Assembly: GCA_017610175.1 (NCBI GenBank)
Contig: JAFCCO010000003.1
Span: forward strand, 21,852 to 85,851
DNA: 64,000 nucleotides
Direction: 5' to 3'
Source: Candidatus Iainarchaeum sp.
Lineage (GTDB): Archaea > Iainarchaeota > Iainarchaeia > Iainarchaeales > GCA-2688035
The position numbers were made by a program, and so were the translations under genes. Every line of letters starts with the position of its first letter. Within the stretch, counting starts at the first letter, position 1. This document shows positions 1 to 10,223 of this stretch, in pieces. The notes under the pieces are model-generated. The model worked only from the letters and a program-made list of their open reading frames with translations. It had not been told where the DNA came from and did not search any database.

Positions 1-65
1 TAAAATTCGGCAAAAGACGATAGCGGAAATTTGTTTAAAGAATTTTCCAAAGATGCTCTTTTTGA

Positions 66-593
66 ATGCGCCGGATTAACAAACAAGGGTTCCTGTGTTT
101 CCTTTTGGTAGCGGCATTTGTTTCACTTAGCCTGCAGGCTTCAAAAATTCCGGAAACTAAGAAGCTTTGGGAAGGTGAAGCGATTGCGATGGAAGCTGCG
201 AATGCAAACTTCTTAAGAAGTGTGATTGAAGAAAATACAGACCTAATAGTTGCAAAAACAATTGCAATTGAAAGCGCAAGCTGCGAAACCAACCCGCACG
301 AAGTGAAGCAAAAAATAAATGAAGCACTCATTCGATACTTTGATGGGATTGAGAGAAAAAGCAGCTTTGCACCAAAAGCCCTAACAAACACCAATGAAAA
401 AATTGGCCTGGTTTTTCTTAACGCAAACAGTTCACTGATTATAAAAAGAAATTTGCTGGGTTGTGAAGGCATTTACAGATTCCACGGGGGCATCACAAAA
501 AGCAACTTTGTAAAAGCGGAGATATCAGGAAAGAACTTCACGCAGGAATTCAGAATCCCAACAGGCTACACAATTACGGGAGGATTTGCATGA
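66..593 (+). CDS. Pilin-like/secreted protein with probable class III-type signal peptide
   Basis: N-terminus MRRINKQG/FLCFLLVAAFV: basic residues, Gly, then hydrophobic stretch; ATGA overlap with the next pilin-like gene. Confidence 0.55.
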   Translation: MRRINKQGFLCFLLVAAFVSLSLQASKIPETKKLWEGEAIAMEAANANFLRSVIEENTDLIVAKTIAIESASCETNPHEVKQKINEALIRYFDGIERKSSFAPKALTNTNEKIGLVFLNANSSLIIKRNLLGCEGIYRFHGGITKSNFVKAEISGKNFTQEFRIPTGYTITGGFA

Positions 594-946
594 AAAACAG
601 GGGCCAACTTCAGCTTGAAGCAACTATTTGCATCGCCCTGCTCTTCGCAATCACGGCGGCGGCACTCTCAACAGTTGCAGAAATTAAAACGCAACACCTT
701 GAAAGCAATGAACTTCTTTTTGCTAAAGCAGGCGCACACAAATGCAGCCTTATTGCGGGAACAATTTTTGGCAACGGGAGTGGAAAAGTTGAAACAATGG
801 AAAACTGTTTTGCCGCCGGAGAACACAAAGTTGTGTACAAATTTAACGACAAAGAAAAATCCAGCTACAGCCTGTCCCGCATTTCATCAACCCAAACAGG
901 CAGTCGTACAATCCTTGAGGCTGAGGTGAATGCCCATTACCAATAA
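590..946 (+). CDS. Class III signal peptide (pilin-like) protein
   Basis: MKNRG/QLQLE followed by a hydrophobic helix; Q+1 and E+5. Confidence 0.75.
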   Translation: MKNRGQLQLEATICIALLFAITAAALSTVAEIKTQHLESNELLFAKAGAHKCSLIAGTIFGNGSGKVETMENCFAAGEHKVVYKFNDKEKSSYSLSRISSTQTGSRTILEAEVNAHYQ

Positions 947-1385
947 GGGCTTTGCCCTATCCGCAGATACCGCATTGTCTGCAATGGCAATGTTTGTGAT
1001 GCTGTTTGTAATAACCGCACACACCGGTTCGGCGGCAAAAGAATCGGCAAACGCAATAAATGCGTTCGGGCTTGAGAAAAATGCGTTACTTATTGCAGAT
1101 GCCCTTGTAAAAAACAAGTTCGAAAATCCCTTGCTTGGAAGCGCCGTATTCAATGAGGAAAAGCACAGGGTGGAAAGCAATGAACTTAATTTGGAGAGAT
1201 TTAGAAAGGCAAGAGCAATTGAATCGGACGAGTTCATTGTGAAAGAGATTTACATCAAAGAGAATGGGTTGGAGGAAAGAAAGCGGTTAAGCAAATTGGA
1301 TGGGGTGAATTGCCTTGCGGTTGAAAGGCTTGTTTTGGTTAATGAAAAGAAGGCGATTGCAGGGGTTGTTGTGTGTGAAAAGTAA
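930..1385 (+). CDS. Class III signal peptide (minor pilin-like) protein
   Basis: NKG/FALSAD plus hydrophobic helix; overlaps both neighbours. Confidence 0.65.
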   Translation: MPITNKGFALSADTALSAMAMFVMLFVITAHTGSAAKESANAINAFGLEKNALLIADALVKNKFENPLLGSAVFNEEKHRVESNELNLERFRKARAIESDEFIVKEIYIKENGLEERKRLSKLDGVNCLAVERLVLVNEKKAIAGVVVCEK

Positions 1386-1746
1386 CGGGCTTTTTGCAAG
1401 CATTGAAGCAACCCTGAGCCTGCTTATGTTGATAGCGGTTGTTGTTTCAATGCCAAGAACCGAACAGCCAAACCTTGAGACCCTGCATATTCTGCAAAAA
1501 GAACATGATCTTCTGCTTATTTGGGCAAAAACCTGGCCTGTGCAGCCCGATGAAATGGAAGGTGACTTTAGGAAATTATTCCCCGGAAAGAACGGGGCAG
1601 TGGAACTGAATACCGACTTGAGGGAAATTGGGGCACTGGAAGGAGAGATTGTTTCGTCCGAAATGCATTTTCTTGACCGGTCAGGAAACTGGAACAGGGT
1701 TGTTGTTTACGTGGTCAAGAAAAACAAGCCCATTTTCTTTTCTTAG
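1375..1746 (+). CDS. Class III signal peptide-like protein
   Basis: GTG start at 1375 gives MKSNG/LFASIEATLSLLMLIAVVV. Confidence 0.55.
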   Translation: MKSNGLFASIEATLSLLMLIAVVVSMPRTEQPNLETLHILQKEHDLLLIWAKTWPVQPDEMEGDFRKLFPGKNGAVELNTDLREIGALEGEIVSSEMHFLDRSGNWNRVVVYVVKKNKPIFFS

Positions 1747-2115
1747 CAGAATGAATGACTTTTCAGATATCGACTGGCGCAATGAAGGAATTTCGTTTGG
1801 AAAAGTTAGGGGGATTGTTTTTTCCACGCCAAGAGCCTTGCTTTCCACCCTAAGAACAAGCTCGTGCCCATCTGATTCAATAAGCCATTCGTTTACCGGC
1901 CTGGCTTCAAGTTGAAAGGAAGAGCCGTTGCCAAGAAATGAAAGTTCCCCCGCACGCAGTTCAAGCGAGGAAGCGAAATTCTTTGCTGCAAGAACATCGC
2001 TTGCATAAAAAGCAAGCGAATAAGTCCTGTACATTAATGGCGCAAGGGCTGCAAAAAAGGAAAGCAGAATCGCCAAAAGCAGGAGATATTCAATGCTTGC
2101 CTGAGCTCTTGCCAT
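1681..2115 (-). CDS. Class III signal peptide (pilin-like) protein
   Basis: MARA/QASIEYLLLLAILL matches the QxSxE motif. Confidence 0.8.
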   Translation of the reverse strand: MARAQASIEYLLLLAILLSFFAALAPLMYRTYSLAFYASDVLAAKNFASSLELRAGELSFLGNGSSFQLEARPVNEWLIESDGHELVLRVESKALGVEKTIPLTFPNEIPSLRQSISEKSFILLRKENGLVFLDHVNNNPVPVS

Positions 2116-2120
2116 TCAAA

Positions 2121-2303
2121 TCAAATCTTATCGATTTCCTTGAATATCTTGTCACTCTTTTCCTGAATCAATTTTGTCCCCTCCTCGCTTGTTTCACGAA
2201 GTTGTGAAACAAAAAGCAGAACAAGGGCTACAACAGCCGCAAGCACAATAATCAATTCAATTGAAATTTGTGCCCTTTCACAGCCAACAGTTTCCAAAAA
2301 CAT
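2121..2303 (-). CDS. Small pilin with class III signal peptide
   Basis: ERA/QISIELIIVLAAVVALVLL; about 60 aa; ATG at 2303. Confidence 0.8.
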   Translation of the reverse strand: MFLETVGCERAQISIELIIVLAAVVALVLLFVSQLRETSEEGTKLIQEKSDKIFKEIDKI

Positions 2304-2412
2304 AAAAAGAAACCTGCCCAAAACGCATTAAAAAAGATTGCGGGAATTCGTTGAAAAGCGAAAAAAAAGACAGGGCATTGTTTTTAATTATTTGCGGGCA
2401 AATGAGAGTAGT

Positions 2413-2985
2413 ATGAAAGCAAAGGAAAGAAACGACCTCATAGTCAGCTGGCTTACGATCAGCGTAGCCTTTGCAATGCTTATTGGGCGGGGTTTCCTCA
2501 ACATTGTTGCTTTTGTGGTTGCATTCCCAATAAGCGCAATAGTTGTCGGAACCGGATTTATTGCGCACGAAATGGCACACAGGCAGATGGCAAAAAGGTT
2601 TGGCGCGCACGCAGAATACAGGGCGTGGCAAATAGGCCTTATTTTTGCATTGATTTCCGCACTCTTTGGATTCATATTTGCCGCACCCGGAGCGGTTTAC
2701 ATTTTTGGAAACATAACCAGAAAGCAGAATGGAATAATTTCACTCGCAGGGCCTGCAACAAATGTGGTCATTGCTATAGGATTCCTTATACTTGAGTGGT
2801 TTCAATTTAACAGCTGGACAAATGTCCTGGGAATGTTGGGCTTCCAAATAAACATGTTCCTTGCGCTTTTCAACATGCTTCCAATCGGGCCCCTTGATGG
2901 GAAAAAAGTTTTTGTTTGGGATCCAAGAATTTGGGCATTGTTCTTTGTGCCGCTTGCGGTGGCATACCTAATTGGAATTATTTAG
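2413..2985 (+). CDS. Site-2 protease family (M50) membrane metalloprotease
   Basis: HEMAH motif, AAPGAV, ISLAGP and NMLPIGPLDG motifs; multiple TM helices. Confidence 0.9.
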   Translation: MKAKERNDLIVSWLTISVAFAMLIGRGFLNIVAFVVAFPISAIVVGTGFIAHEMAHRQMAKRFGAHAEYRAWQIGLIFALISALFGFIFAAPGAVYIFGNITRKQNGIISLAGPATNVVIAIGFLILEWFQFNSWTNVLGMLGFQINMFLALFNMLPIGPLDGKKVFVWDPRIWALFFVPLAVAYLIGII

Positions 2986-2987
2986 AA

Positions 2988-5186
2988 TCAGCCCACATAA
3001 CTTGGCTTGTAGTTTGAATAGTTTTCCTTAAACTCATCGTATGCTTCCTCAGTCTCTTCTGAAATGCTTGGCTTCATCTTCTTGAGGATTGCATCAAAGT
3101 GCTTCTTTTCAACAGGCGTCGGTTTAAGGTTGTTTTCCTTTAAGATAAGTAATGCAGATTCACGCACTAAACCCTCTAAATCGGCTCCGCTGAAGCCCTC
3201 TGTTTTTCCTGCAATTTCCTCAAGGTCAACACTTTTATCAAGCATTTTTTTGGCTTCAATTCTTTTTGCGTGAACTTTAAGAATGCTCAACCTTGCCTTT
3301 TTGTCAGGAGCGCTTACCTTTATCAGTTTGTCAATCCTGCCCGGCCTCAAAAGCCCAGGATCCAAAAGATCGGGCCTGTTTGTTGCCGCAATAAACACAA
3401 CATTACGTAACGCCTCTACCCCATCAAGCTCTGTAAGAAGCTGGTTGAGGACACGGTCACCTACATGGCTGCCTGTTGAGTCCCCCCTTCTTGTTGCAAT
3501 GCTGTCAATCTCATCAAAGAAAACAATTGAGGGCGCAACCTGCCTTGCTCTTCTGAAAATCTTTCTGATCCCCTTTTCGCTTTCCCCAACCCACATGCTC
3601 AAAAGCTCAGGGCCCTTTATGCTTATAAAATTTGCCTCACTTTCGGTTGCAACCGCTTTTGCGAGAAGTGTTTTTCCACAGCCAGGCGGCCCAAATAAGA
3701 GAATCCCGCTTGGCGGCCTTATGCCCATTTTCTTGAACGCATCGGGCTTTTTAAGCGGCCATTCCACAGCCTGCTTTAGTTCGTCCTTCATGTTTTTCAA
3801 GCCACCAATGTCCTCCCATTTTATGTTTGGAATCTCTATTGCAACTTCCCTCAATCCAGAGGGCTGCACGTCCTTTAATCCGTTCAGAAAATCGCGTCGG
3901 TTTACTTCCAAAGTTTCAAGAACTTCAGGGGGAATTATTTCATCCTCAAGATTTATTTTAGGGAGATATCTACGCAATGCCTTCATTGCAGCTTCCTTTG
4001 CAAGTGCTGCAATGTCCGCACCAACAAACCCGTGGGTTATTCCTGAAAAGTAATCCATGTCAACCTTGCGGTCCTCTTCCTTTGCAAGAGGCATTCCCCT
4101 TGTGTGAATTAGCAAAATTTCCTTTCGGGCTTTTTTGTCAGGGGCCGGGAACTCTATTTCGCGGTCAAAACGGCCTGGCCTGCGAAGGGCTTCATCAATG
4201 CTGTTTACACGGTTTGTTGCCGCAATAATAATTACGTTTCCCCTCGCTTCCAGCCCATCCATTGACGAAAGAATTTGTGCAACAACTCTTCTTTCCACCT
4301 CACCAACAACGTCCTCGCGCTTTGGGGCAATAGCATCTAATTCATCAATAAAAATTATGCTTGGTGCGTTCTCCTCAGCCTCTTTGAATATTTGCCTGAT
4401 TCTCTCCTCAGCCTCACCGACAAACTTGCTCATTATTTCAGGGGCATTAACCGAAATGAAATGTGCCCTTGTTTCGTTTGCAACGGCTTTTGCAAGAAGA
4501 GTTTTTCCCGTTCCTGGAGACCCGAATAACAGCACCCCCTTCGGGGGCGCAATTCCAAGCTTGCGGAAGAGCTCCGGATGCTTCATGGGAAGCTCAATCA
4601 TTTCCCTTACTTTCTGAATCTGTTCGTCAAGCCCTCCAATATCCTCATAGGCAATTCGCGGAATACCCTCAAGTTCACCCTTAACAGGTTTTTCCTTCAA
4701 CATAAACTGTGTAAAATCAGAAACCTTTACTGTTCCGCGCGGGATAGTTTCAACAACCTTGTATTCAAATCCCGAGCCAAAAATTGGGACCCAAACTTTG
4801 TCGCCCGAAGTTAACGGGCGGCCAAGAAAGCTTTTTTTGAGAATCCGGTCATAACCGCTTGCAACAATTCTCACTTCCTGTGTTGGCGCAAGAACAACTT
4901 TTTTTGCTTCTTTTATTTCAATCCTGCTGACCCTTACTTTTTCACCAAGACTGGCACCTGCGTTTTGCCTTATGAAGTGGTCCATTCGGATTATTGCCCT
5001 GCCCTCATCCTCGGTCCTGGCAGGCCAGATTATTGCAGCGGTTCTGCGATTGCCGGATATTTCAATTATGTCCCCGCTTGTAACGCCCAAAGAAACCTTT
5101 GTTCTGCGGTCAAGAGTAACTATATTGCGCCCAACATGGGTTGGATCCGGCTCGTCAACCTTCAAAACAACTTCTTTTTCGGACAT
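2988..5186 (-). CDS. cdc48: CDC48/VCP family AAA+ ATPase
   Basis: N-domain plus two AAA modules ([14 protein letters not shown] and [13 protein letters not shown]), RRPGRFD, C-terminal YVG. Confidence 0.97.
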   Translation of the reverse strand: MSEKEVVLKVDEPDPTHVGRNIVTLDRRTKVSLGVTSGDIIEISGNRRTAAIIWPARTEDEGRAIIRMDHFIRQNAGASLGEKVRVSRIEIKEAKKVVLAPTQEVRIVASGYDRILKKSFLGRPLTSGDKVWVPIFGSGFEYKVVETIPRGTVKVSDFTQFMLKEKPVKGELEGIPRIAYEDIGGLDEQIQKVREMIELPMKHPELFRKLGIAPPKGVLLFGSPGTGKTLLAKAVANETRAHFISVNAPEIMSKFVGEAEERIRQIFKEAEENAPSIIFIDELDAIAPKREDVVGEVERRVVAQILSSMDGLEARGNVIIIAATNRVNSIDEALRRPGRFDREIEFPAPDKKARKEILLIHTRGMPLAKEEDRKVDMDYFSGITHGFVGADIAALAKEAAMKALRRYLPKINLEDEIIPPEVLETLEVNRRDFLNGLKDVQPSGLREVAIEIPNIKWEDIGGLKNMKDELKQAVEWPLKKPDAFKKMGIRPPSGILLFGPPGCGKTLLAKAVATESEANFISIKGPELLSMWVGESEKGIRKIFRRARQVAPSIVFFDEIDSIATRRGDSTGSHVGDRVLNQLLTELDGVEALRNVVFIAATNRPDLLDPGLLRPGRIDKLIKVSAPDKKARLSILKVHAKRIEAKKMLDKSVDLEEIAGKTEGFSGADLEGLVRESALLILKENNLKPTPVEKKHFDAILKKMKPSISEETEEAYDEFKENYSNYKPSYVG

Positions 5187-5225
5187 AATTAAATCATTCC
5201 CTGTAAAGCAATAAAAAACATTGCA

Positions 5226-6017
5226 TTACCTTTCCGCAACTGCCACATTTTCTGCGGGAATTGCACGAATCACCTCATCAAGACTTATAGTGAGTTGCTC
5301 CTTACTGCGCTTTTTAAGTGTTGAAACTATTTGCTTTGCTATGCCGCCTGCCTCCTTTTTTCCGTGGACGATTTCAACAGCACAATTGTTTCCTGCAAAA
5401 ACAGAGGGAGGCGCCCCCATAAGCTCGCCTTTCTTGTTTAGCCCAACAATAATCTTTAGCGGTGTTTTTCTGAACCACTTTCTCTTCCCGTAAATCATGA
5501 ACGAACCGGTTCCAAGTGATGTGCCGCTTGGGGCCTTCTTGCTCACCTGTTCGGGGGGGACTGCGTATACATCAATCGCAGGCAGGGACTGTTTCCAGGC
5601 CTTGCTGAATACCGCGGCAAACTGCGCTGCCTCATTAAAGGTTGTTTCAGGAATTTCCTGCCTCTCTGCCTTGATTATGCAAACGCTTCCGCCCGGAATG
5701 TCGGCGTGGAGGAAATAGTCCCCCTCTTCAAGATGTTTTTTGACAAGCTGTTCGTTTCCCTTTGCGCTTCTTCCCCCAATCACAAGAAAATTGTCGGATG
5801 AAAAAAACCAGTGCAGGCTGTGAAACCACTGCTGCTTTTTCTTTTTGACCGGCTTTGCTTTCTCAGAGGGTTTTGACTCAATGCTTGAAATTAATTCTTT
5901 TGTGTGCTCGATTGCAATTTTGAGGCCGGTAAGTTTCTTTTTGGCTTTTTTTGCGCGCTCAAAGTGGAGGGAAGCGTTTTCCTCAACGCTTTTTTCAAAA
6001 TCAAGTTCGATTGTCAT
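5226..6017 (-). CDS. NFACT RNA-binding domain protein (C-terminal half of Rqc2/RqcH)
   Basis: LDFEKSVEENA..AKK coiled coil, WFFSSDNFLVIGGRSAKGNE, FLHADIPG and VSKKAPSG..LGTGSFMIYGKR motifs. Confidence 0.88.
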   Translation of the reverse strand: MTIELDFEKSVEENASLHFERAKKAKKKLTGLKIAIEHTKELISSIESKPSEKAKPVKKKKQQWFHSLHWFFSSDNFLVIGGRSAKGNEQLVKKHLEEGDYFLHADIPGGSVCIIKAERQEIPETTFNEAAQFAAVFSKAWKQSLPAIDVYAVPPEQVSKKAPSGTSLGTGSFMIYGKRKWFRKTPLKIIVGLNKKGELMGAPPSVFAGNNCAVEIVHGKKEAGGIAKQIVSTLKKRSKEQLTISLDEVIRAIPAENVAVAER

Positions 6018-6550
6018 TCAAGAGCCCGTTCCTTTTTGATGAGTTCAATTATTGATTTTGTCCTGCTTGCGTTCTTGAAAATCGGCTCCACTGAAAAGAA
6101 GCTCTGCGAATCCTTAACCAAATCATAGAAACCCGGAATTGAGCGGTATCTTTTCTGGCTTTCAGCATGGTAAGTTTCAATATCGCGATAAATGTGCCTG
6201 CTTAGGAAGTTCCAGTTCCCCCCTCCGACAACACTGCTTACCCAGTATACATGCGGGTCCTTTTCAATTTCCTCAAGGTACTTTTCAAATGCCTTTTGCG
6301 CACTCAAGTCTGCCTGAGTGAAACTCAGAACCTCAAGGTTGTAGCCAAGTTTCCTGAAATTAACCTTTGGGCCAAAGCCCTGAAGTACGCCTGCCTTCTC
6401 AAGGAAGTCGAGGCTGCTTTTAATTGTCGCCTTGTGGTAGCCGGTAATGCGCTTAATCTGCCTGATATTGGGCTGAACGGTCTTTGGCCCGAGTAAGGCC
6501 TCAAGTATATTGATTCTTATTTCATCGGTTACCTTCATTTGGTTTGCCAT
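6014..6550 (-). CDS. Lrp/AsnC family transcriptional regulator
   Basis: N-terminal HTH, VNFRKLGY linker, RAM-like C-domain. Confidence 0.8.
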   Translation of the reverse strand: MANQMKVTDEIRINILEALLGPKTVQPNIRQIKRITGYHKATIKSSLDFLEKAGVLQGFGPKVNFRKLGYNLEVLSFTQADLSAQKAFEKYLEEIEKDPHVYWVSSVVGGGNWNFLSRHIYRDIETYHAESQKRYRSIPGFYDLVKDSQSFFSVEPIFKNASRTKSIIELIKKERALE

Positions 6551-6588
6551 GCGCCATACACCACTTTACTTTAAACTATACAAAATAT

Positions 6589-6612
6589 TACACCTTAATT
6601 AATTTAAGTGTA
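6589..6612. promoter_or_regulatory. Imperfect palindrome, putative regulator-binding site upstream of the Lrp gene
   Basis: TACACCTTAATTAATTTAAGTGTA matches its reverse complement at 20 of 24 positions; about 40 nt upstream of the Lrp start. Confidence 0.4.
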
Positions 6613-6715
6613 TCGCATATGGCAGCAATAAGTTGATAGTTGTTATATATGTTGGACGCGTATACTTATTACAAGGAAACACCACTAGGAGGGATTCAAG
6701 AGATTGTGAATCTTT

Positions 6716-6797
6716 GGTTGAAGAGAGGGATAGGCTCACCAGGCTAATACTATTAACAAAAAAAAATTGGCTTCTTTATGTATGTCTCTCTTCAACC
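6716..6797. repeat. Perfect 12-bp inverted repeat (long stem-loop) immediately 3' of topA
   Basis: GGTTGAAGAGAG (6716-6727) and CTCTCTTCAACC (6786-6797); loop contains an A9 run (U9 on the topA strand). Confidence 0.7.
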
Positions 6798-8890
6798 TAC
6801 TTCTTCTTAGTTCCTTCTTTTTTATCTTTAGCTGTTTTCTTTGCAGCCTTTTCAGCGCTTCTTTTCTTCCACTCTTCTTTTGATGGGCAATTGTAGTCAA
6901 TGCACATTTTAAACGACATGCGGGGCCCCTTAAGATGAATCATAATATTTCCGCACTCAGGGCAGCGCTCTTCAATCGGAGAAAGTGAGCCCTTTTGGGG
7001 AAGGGGGTATGTTGTTGTGCACTTTGGATAATTGCTGCAGCCAAGGAAACGCTTTCCCGTTGCCCTTCCCTTTCTAATCATAAGCTGTCCCCCGCACCCT
7101 TTGGTTGGGCAATCGCCAATTATTGAATCGGAAATAAGCGCTTTTCTCAAATGCGAACCAACATCGTTCTTGTGCTCTAAAAGTATTTCAAGCGCCTTGG
7201 AGAGAGCTTCCCTGCTTTCATTGACAACATCCGGCTTCTTCTTTTTGCCGGCAGCAATAAAATCCATTTCCTTTTCAAGATCGGCAGTCATGTTAGGCTT
7301 TGAAATAACCGGGGCATGCTGTTCAAGAGACTCAATTACGGCAAAGGCAATCTTATTCGGCTCCAAAGTTGTCTTCCCAAAAATGTAGTTTCTTGCAAGA
7401 AGCTTTTGGATTATGTCCGCCCTGGTTGACTTTGTTCCAAGATTTAACTCAGACATCACCTTAAGCAAGGACCCCTGTGAATACCTTGGCTTTGGCTGGG
7501 TCTGTTTTGAGGCAAAGTTAAGGTCAACAAGATCAAGCACGTCCTTTTCGGCAAGCGAAGGCAGGAACACCTCTGTCGCCTTTGAGTAAGGGTAAACTTC
7601 CTTCCAGCCCTTCTTCACAAACACCTGCCCGGTTGCAACAAAGGGCTGTGCGTTCAAATCAATGTCAACCGAAAGGTTTTCGGTAATCGCATCCTCGGCA
7701 AGGGTTGCAAGAAACCGCCTGCAAACCAACTCATAAACTTTCCAAACGTCGGGCTGGAGCTTTTCCCTTGCAACAGGAGCAACCGGATGAATTGGCGGAT
7801 GGTCCTTTGAAACCTTTCCCGCAGACGGGGAAATCTTTCCAAGCGCAAGAATCTTCTGAACATCGGCCCTTAATTCAACCACATTCTCCAAAGACTTTAG
7901 GATTGCCTTAAGGTCAATTGTGGGAGGGTATGCAAGGTTGTCTGTTCGAGGGTATGAAATGAAACCGCTTTGGTAAAGTGATTCCGCAAGCCTCATTGCG
8001 CGGCCTGCAGTAAAGCCGATTGAAGTGGCTGCGGCAAGAAAAGAAGTTGTGTTGAACGGAAACGGTTTTTTTAGGGTGCGCTTTTTCTTCGTAACTTTTG
8101 TAACAATTCCTTTGGGGAGATTTTTGCAGTCAAATGCCTTCTCGGCTTCCTCTTTGTCCCAGAACTTTCCGTTTTTGTGTGAGGCCTCAAACTTTTTTGA
8201 GCCTTTGGAGAAAACCGCGGCAATCTCCCAAAAATCCTTTGGGTTGAATGCAAGCCTTTCCTTTTCCCGATTTACAATTAAGGCAAGGGTTGGGCCCTGA
8301 ACACGGCCCATGCTAAGGAATTGTTTTCCAAGCCTGCCTGAAACAAGTGAAAGGAATCTTGTCAGAACCGCACCCCAAACAAGGTCAATCTCACGGCGCG
8401 AGTCGGCCGAGTCAGCCATGTTTTTGTCAGCATCCTCCAAAGAATCAAAAGCTGTGTCAATATCTTTCGGGGTTATTGCAGAGAACAGGGCCCGCTTAAC
8501 CTTAATCTTCGGGTTGCCCTCTTTCAAGGCATTTATTGCCTCAAAACCAATTGATTCCCCTTCACGGTCATTGTCGGTTGCAATAATTACGAGCTCAACG
8601 TCTTTTGCAACTTTTCTCAAAAAATCAAGAATCGGCTTTTCCGTATCCCTGTACTCAATCTCCGCAACGGCAAGCTTTCGCAAATCGGTTCCAAGCCAGT
8701 AGCTGTATTTCTTTGGAAAGTCAACATCTGAAACATGCCCACGGAGCGGAACGGTGATGTACTGCTCTGTCTTGTGCTCAAACAGGAAAAATTTTGCACC
8801 ACCCTCCATCGAGGGCGAAACCTTCTTTTCCGCAAGAATTGTTGAAATTCTCTCTCCTGCAATGGCCTTTTCGGCAACAACTAGAATCAT
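6797..8890 (-). CDS. topA: DNA topoisomerase I (type IA)
   Basis: MILVVAEK TOPRIM start, ATDNDREGE, GRVQGP, catalytic SYPRTD, LGTKSTR, C-terminal Zn ribbons. Confidence 0.97.
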   Translation of the reverse strand: MILVVAEKAIAGERISTILAEKKVSPSMEGGAKFFLFEHKTEQYITVPLRGHVSDVDFPKKYSYWLGTDLRKLAVAEIEYRDTEKPILDFLRKVAKDVELVIIATDNDREGESIGFEAINALKEGNPKIKVKRALFSAITPKDIDTAFDSLEDADKNMADSADSRREIDLVWGAVLTRFLSLVSGRLGKQFLSMGRVQGPTLALIVNREKERLAFNPKDFWEIAAVFSKGSKKFEASHKNGKFWDKEEAEKAFDCKNLPKGIVTKVTKKKRTLKKPFPFNTTSFLAAATSIGFTAGRAMRLAESLYQSGFISYPRTDNLAYPPTIDLKAILKSLENVVELRADVQKILALGKISPSAGKVSKDHPPIHPVAPVAREKLQPDVWKVYELVCRRFLATLAEDAITENLSVDIDLNAQPFVATGQVFVKKGWKEVYPYSKATEVFLPSLAEKDVLDLVDLNFASKQTQPKPRYSQGSLLKVMSELNLGTKSTRADIIQKLLARNYIFGKTTLEPNKIAFAVIESLEQHAPVISKPNMTADLEKEMDFIAAGKKKKPDVVNESREALSKALEILLEHKNDVGSHLRKALISDSIIGDCPTKGCGGQLMIRKGRATGKRFLGCSNYPKCTTTYPLPQKGSLSPIEERCPECGNIMIHLKGPRMSFKMCIDYNCPSKEEWKKRSAEKAAKKTAKDKKEGTKKK

Positions 8891-8951
8891 GCAACTTATT
8901 TCTTGCATCAAAAAGAATAAAAACAATAAACGCCTTTCTTGATTGAAAGAC

Positions 8952-10223
8952 ATGATTTCAGCCATCCCGCTAGCACAAATTCCAACAATAGAGCTGTTGA
9001 CGCAGATTGCAATAGTTCTCTTTTTGGGGGTTATGCTTAATTTTGGAAGCAAAAAAACAGGATTCCCCTTCATAGTCGCACTTATACTTGTGGGGACCGC
9101 CGGAGTTTCATTCGGCTTTCTGGATATGGGGAAGTGGATTGGCTTCAGCGAACTTATCAGAACACTTGCCCTGATAATTATTGTATTCAGCGCGGGTTTT
9201 CATTTACAACTGCAGGAAATCAAAAAGGAATCAAAAATTATTCTCATGCTTGCAACTCTCGGGGTGTTAATAACCGCGTCATTCATAACGGGGATAACAT
9301 TCTACCTGCTCAGCATCCCGCTGATTACCGCCGCATTCCTTGGAACACTTCTTAGCGGAAGTGACCCTGCAGCAATATCCTGCGGCACAGGCAGCGAATG
9401 CAGCATAAAGGACAAGCTTTCAAGAATTATACTAAGTGAAAGCGTGTTCAACCAGCCACTCACACTAATACTGCCGCTGCTTCTGCTTGACTTTGTTACA
9501 AAACCAGAACTTGCATTGCTTAACATCCCAAAATTTTTCCTGATGATTGTGGTTGGAACAGCGGTGGGGGTTGTGGGTGCTGGGCTCGGGCAAAAAATAC
9601 TTATTTCACTAAGAACAGAGCACGAAGAAATTGCGGGCCTGATGATTGCAATCTCATCATATGTAATTGCGGAAAACCTTTTTGGTTCAGGAATTCTTGC
9701 GGTTGCGGTAACGGCACTGCTTCTCAGCAGCAGAAACATTCCGGAAAAGGATGTTCTTGGAACATTTTCGGAACAGCTTGCTTTCCTGTTCACCGTGTTT
9801 GTGTTCATCCTGCTTGGAATGCAATTCTCATTCCAGCAGCTTATACAGCTTTCAATCACAAGATACGAAATAATTGCGGTTGTTGCCGCATTAATTATAG
9901 GGCGGCTGCTAAGCAGCATTATAGTTCTTTTCAGAACCCCGCTAAAACTCGTTGAGCGGATAAAAATTGGGCTGATTTCGCCCAAGGGAATTGGGCCCGC
10001 TGCCCTGGCTCCCCTGTTGATAGTGCACGGGGTCGTGGGAGGGGAAACGGTTGTGAAAATCGTTTACATTGCAATAATTGCAAGCATCATTATCTCAAAG
10101 TTTTTCATGAGAATGAGTGTGGAACCAAGCCTGCCTGAGCTTGCAAAGGAAAAAACAAAGGCACACAAAATCGCAAATGGTCAGGCCAAAGAAAAAACCG
10201 GAAAGAACAAGCTCGAATCCTAA
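8952..10223 (+). CDS. Cation:proton antiporter (CPA1/NhaP-like)
   Basis: About 12 TM helices; SGSDPAA, ILSESVFNQP and SPKG motifs. Confidence 0.85.
   Translation: MISAIPLAQIPTIELLTQIAIVLFLGVMLNFGSKKTGFPFIVALILVGTAGVSFGFLDMGKWIGFSELIRTLALIIIVFSAGFHLQLQEIKKESKIILMLATLGVLITASFITGITFYLLSIPLITAAFLGTLLSGSDPAAISCGTGSECSIKDKLSRIILSESVFNQPLTLILPLLLLDFVTKPELALLNIPKFFLMIVVGTAVGVVGAGLGQKILISLRTEHEEIAGLMIAISSYVIAENLFGSGILAVAVTALLLSSRNIPEKDVLGTFSEQLAFLFTVFVFILLGMQFSFQQLIQLSITRYEIIAVVAALIIGRLLSSIIVLFRTPLKLVERIKIGLISPKGIGPAALAPLLIVHGVVGGETVVKIVYIAIIASIIISKFFMRMSVEPSLPELAKEKTKAHKIANGQAKEKTGKNKLES

Noticed and set aside
2-79. Possible 3' end of an upstream gene (frame 2, ending ..FLNAPD*)
   Set aside because: Too little sequence to support a call.
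3283-4617. Long antisense ORFs opposite cdc48 (and similar ones opposite the ATPases, rad50 and dnaG, e.g. 20509-21330, 47884-48612, 60593-61633)
   Set aside because: They are Ser/Phe/Leu-rich shadow frames of well-conserved genes and carry no motifs of their own.
6716-6797. Inverted repeat as a MITE
   Set aside because: No convincing target-site duplication and no second copy in the window. Kept only as a structured element.
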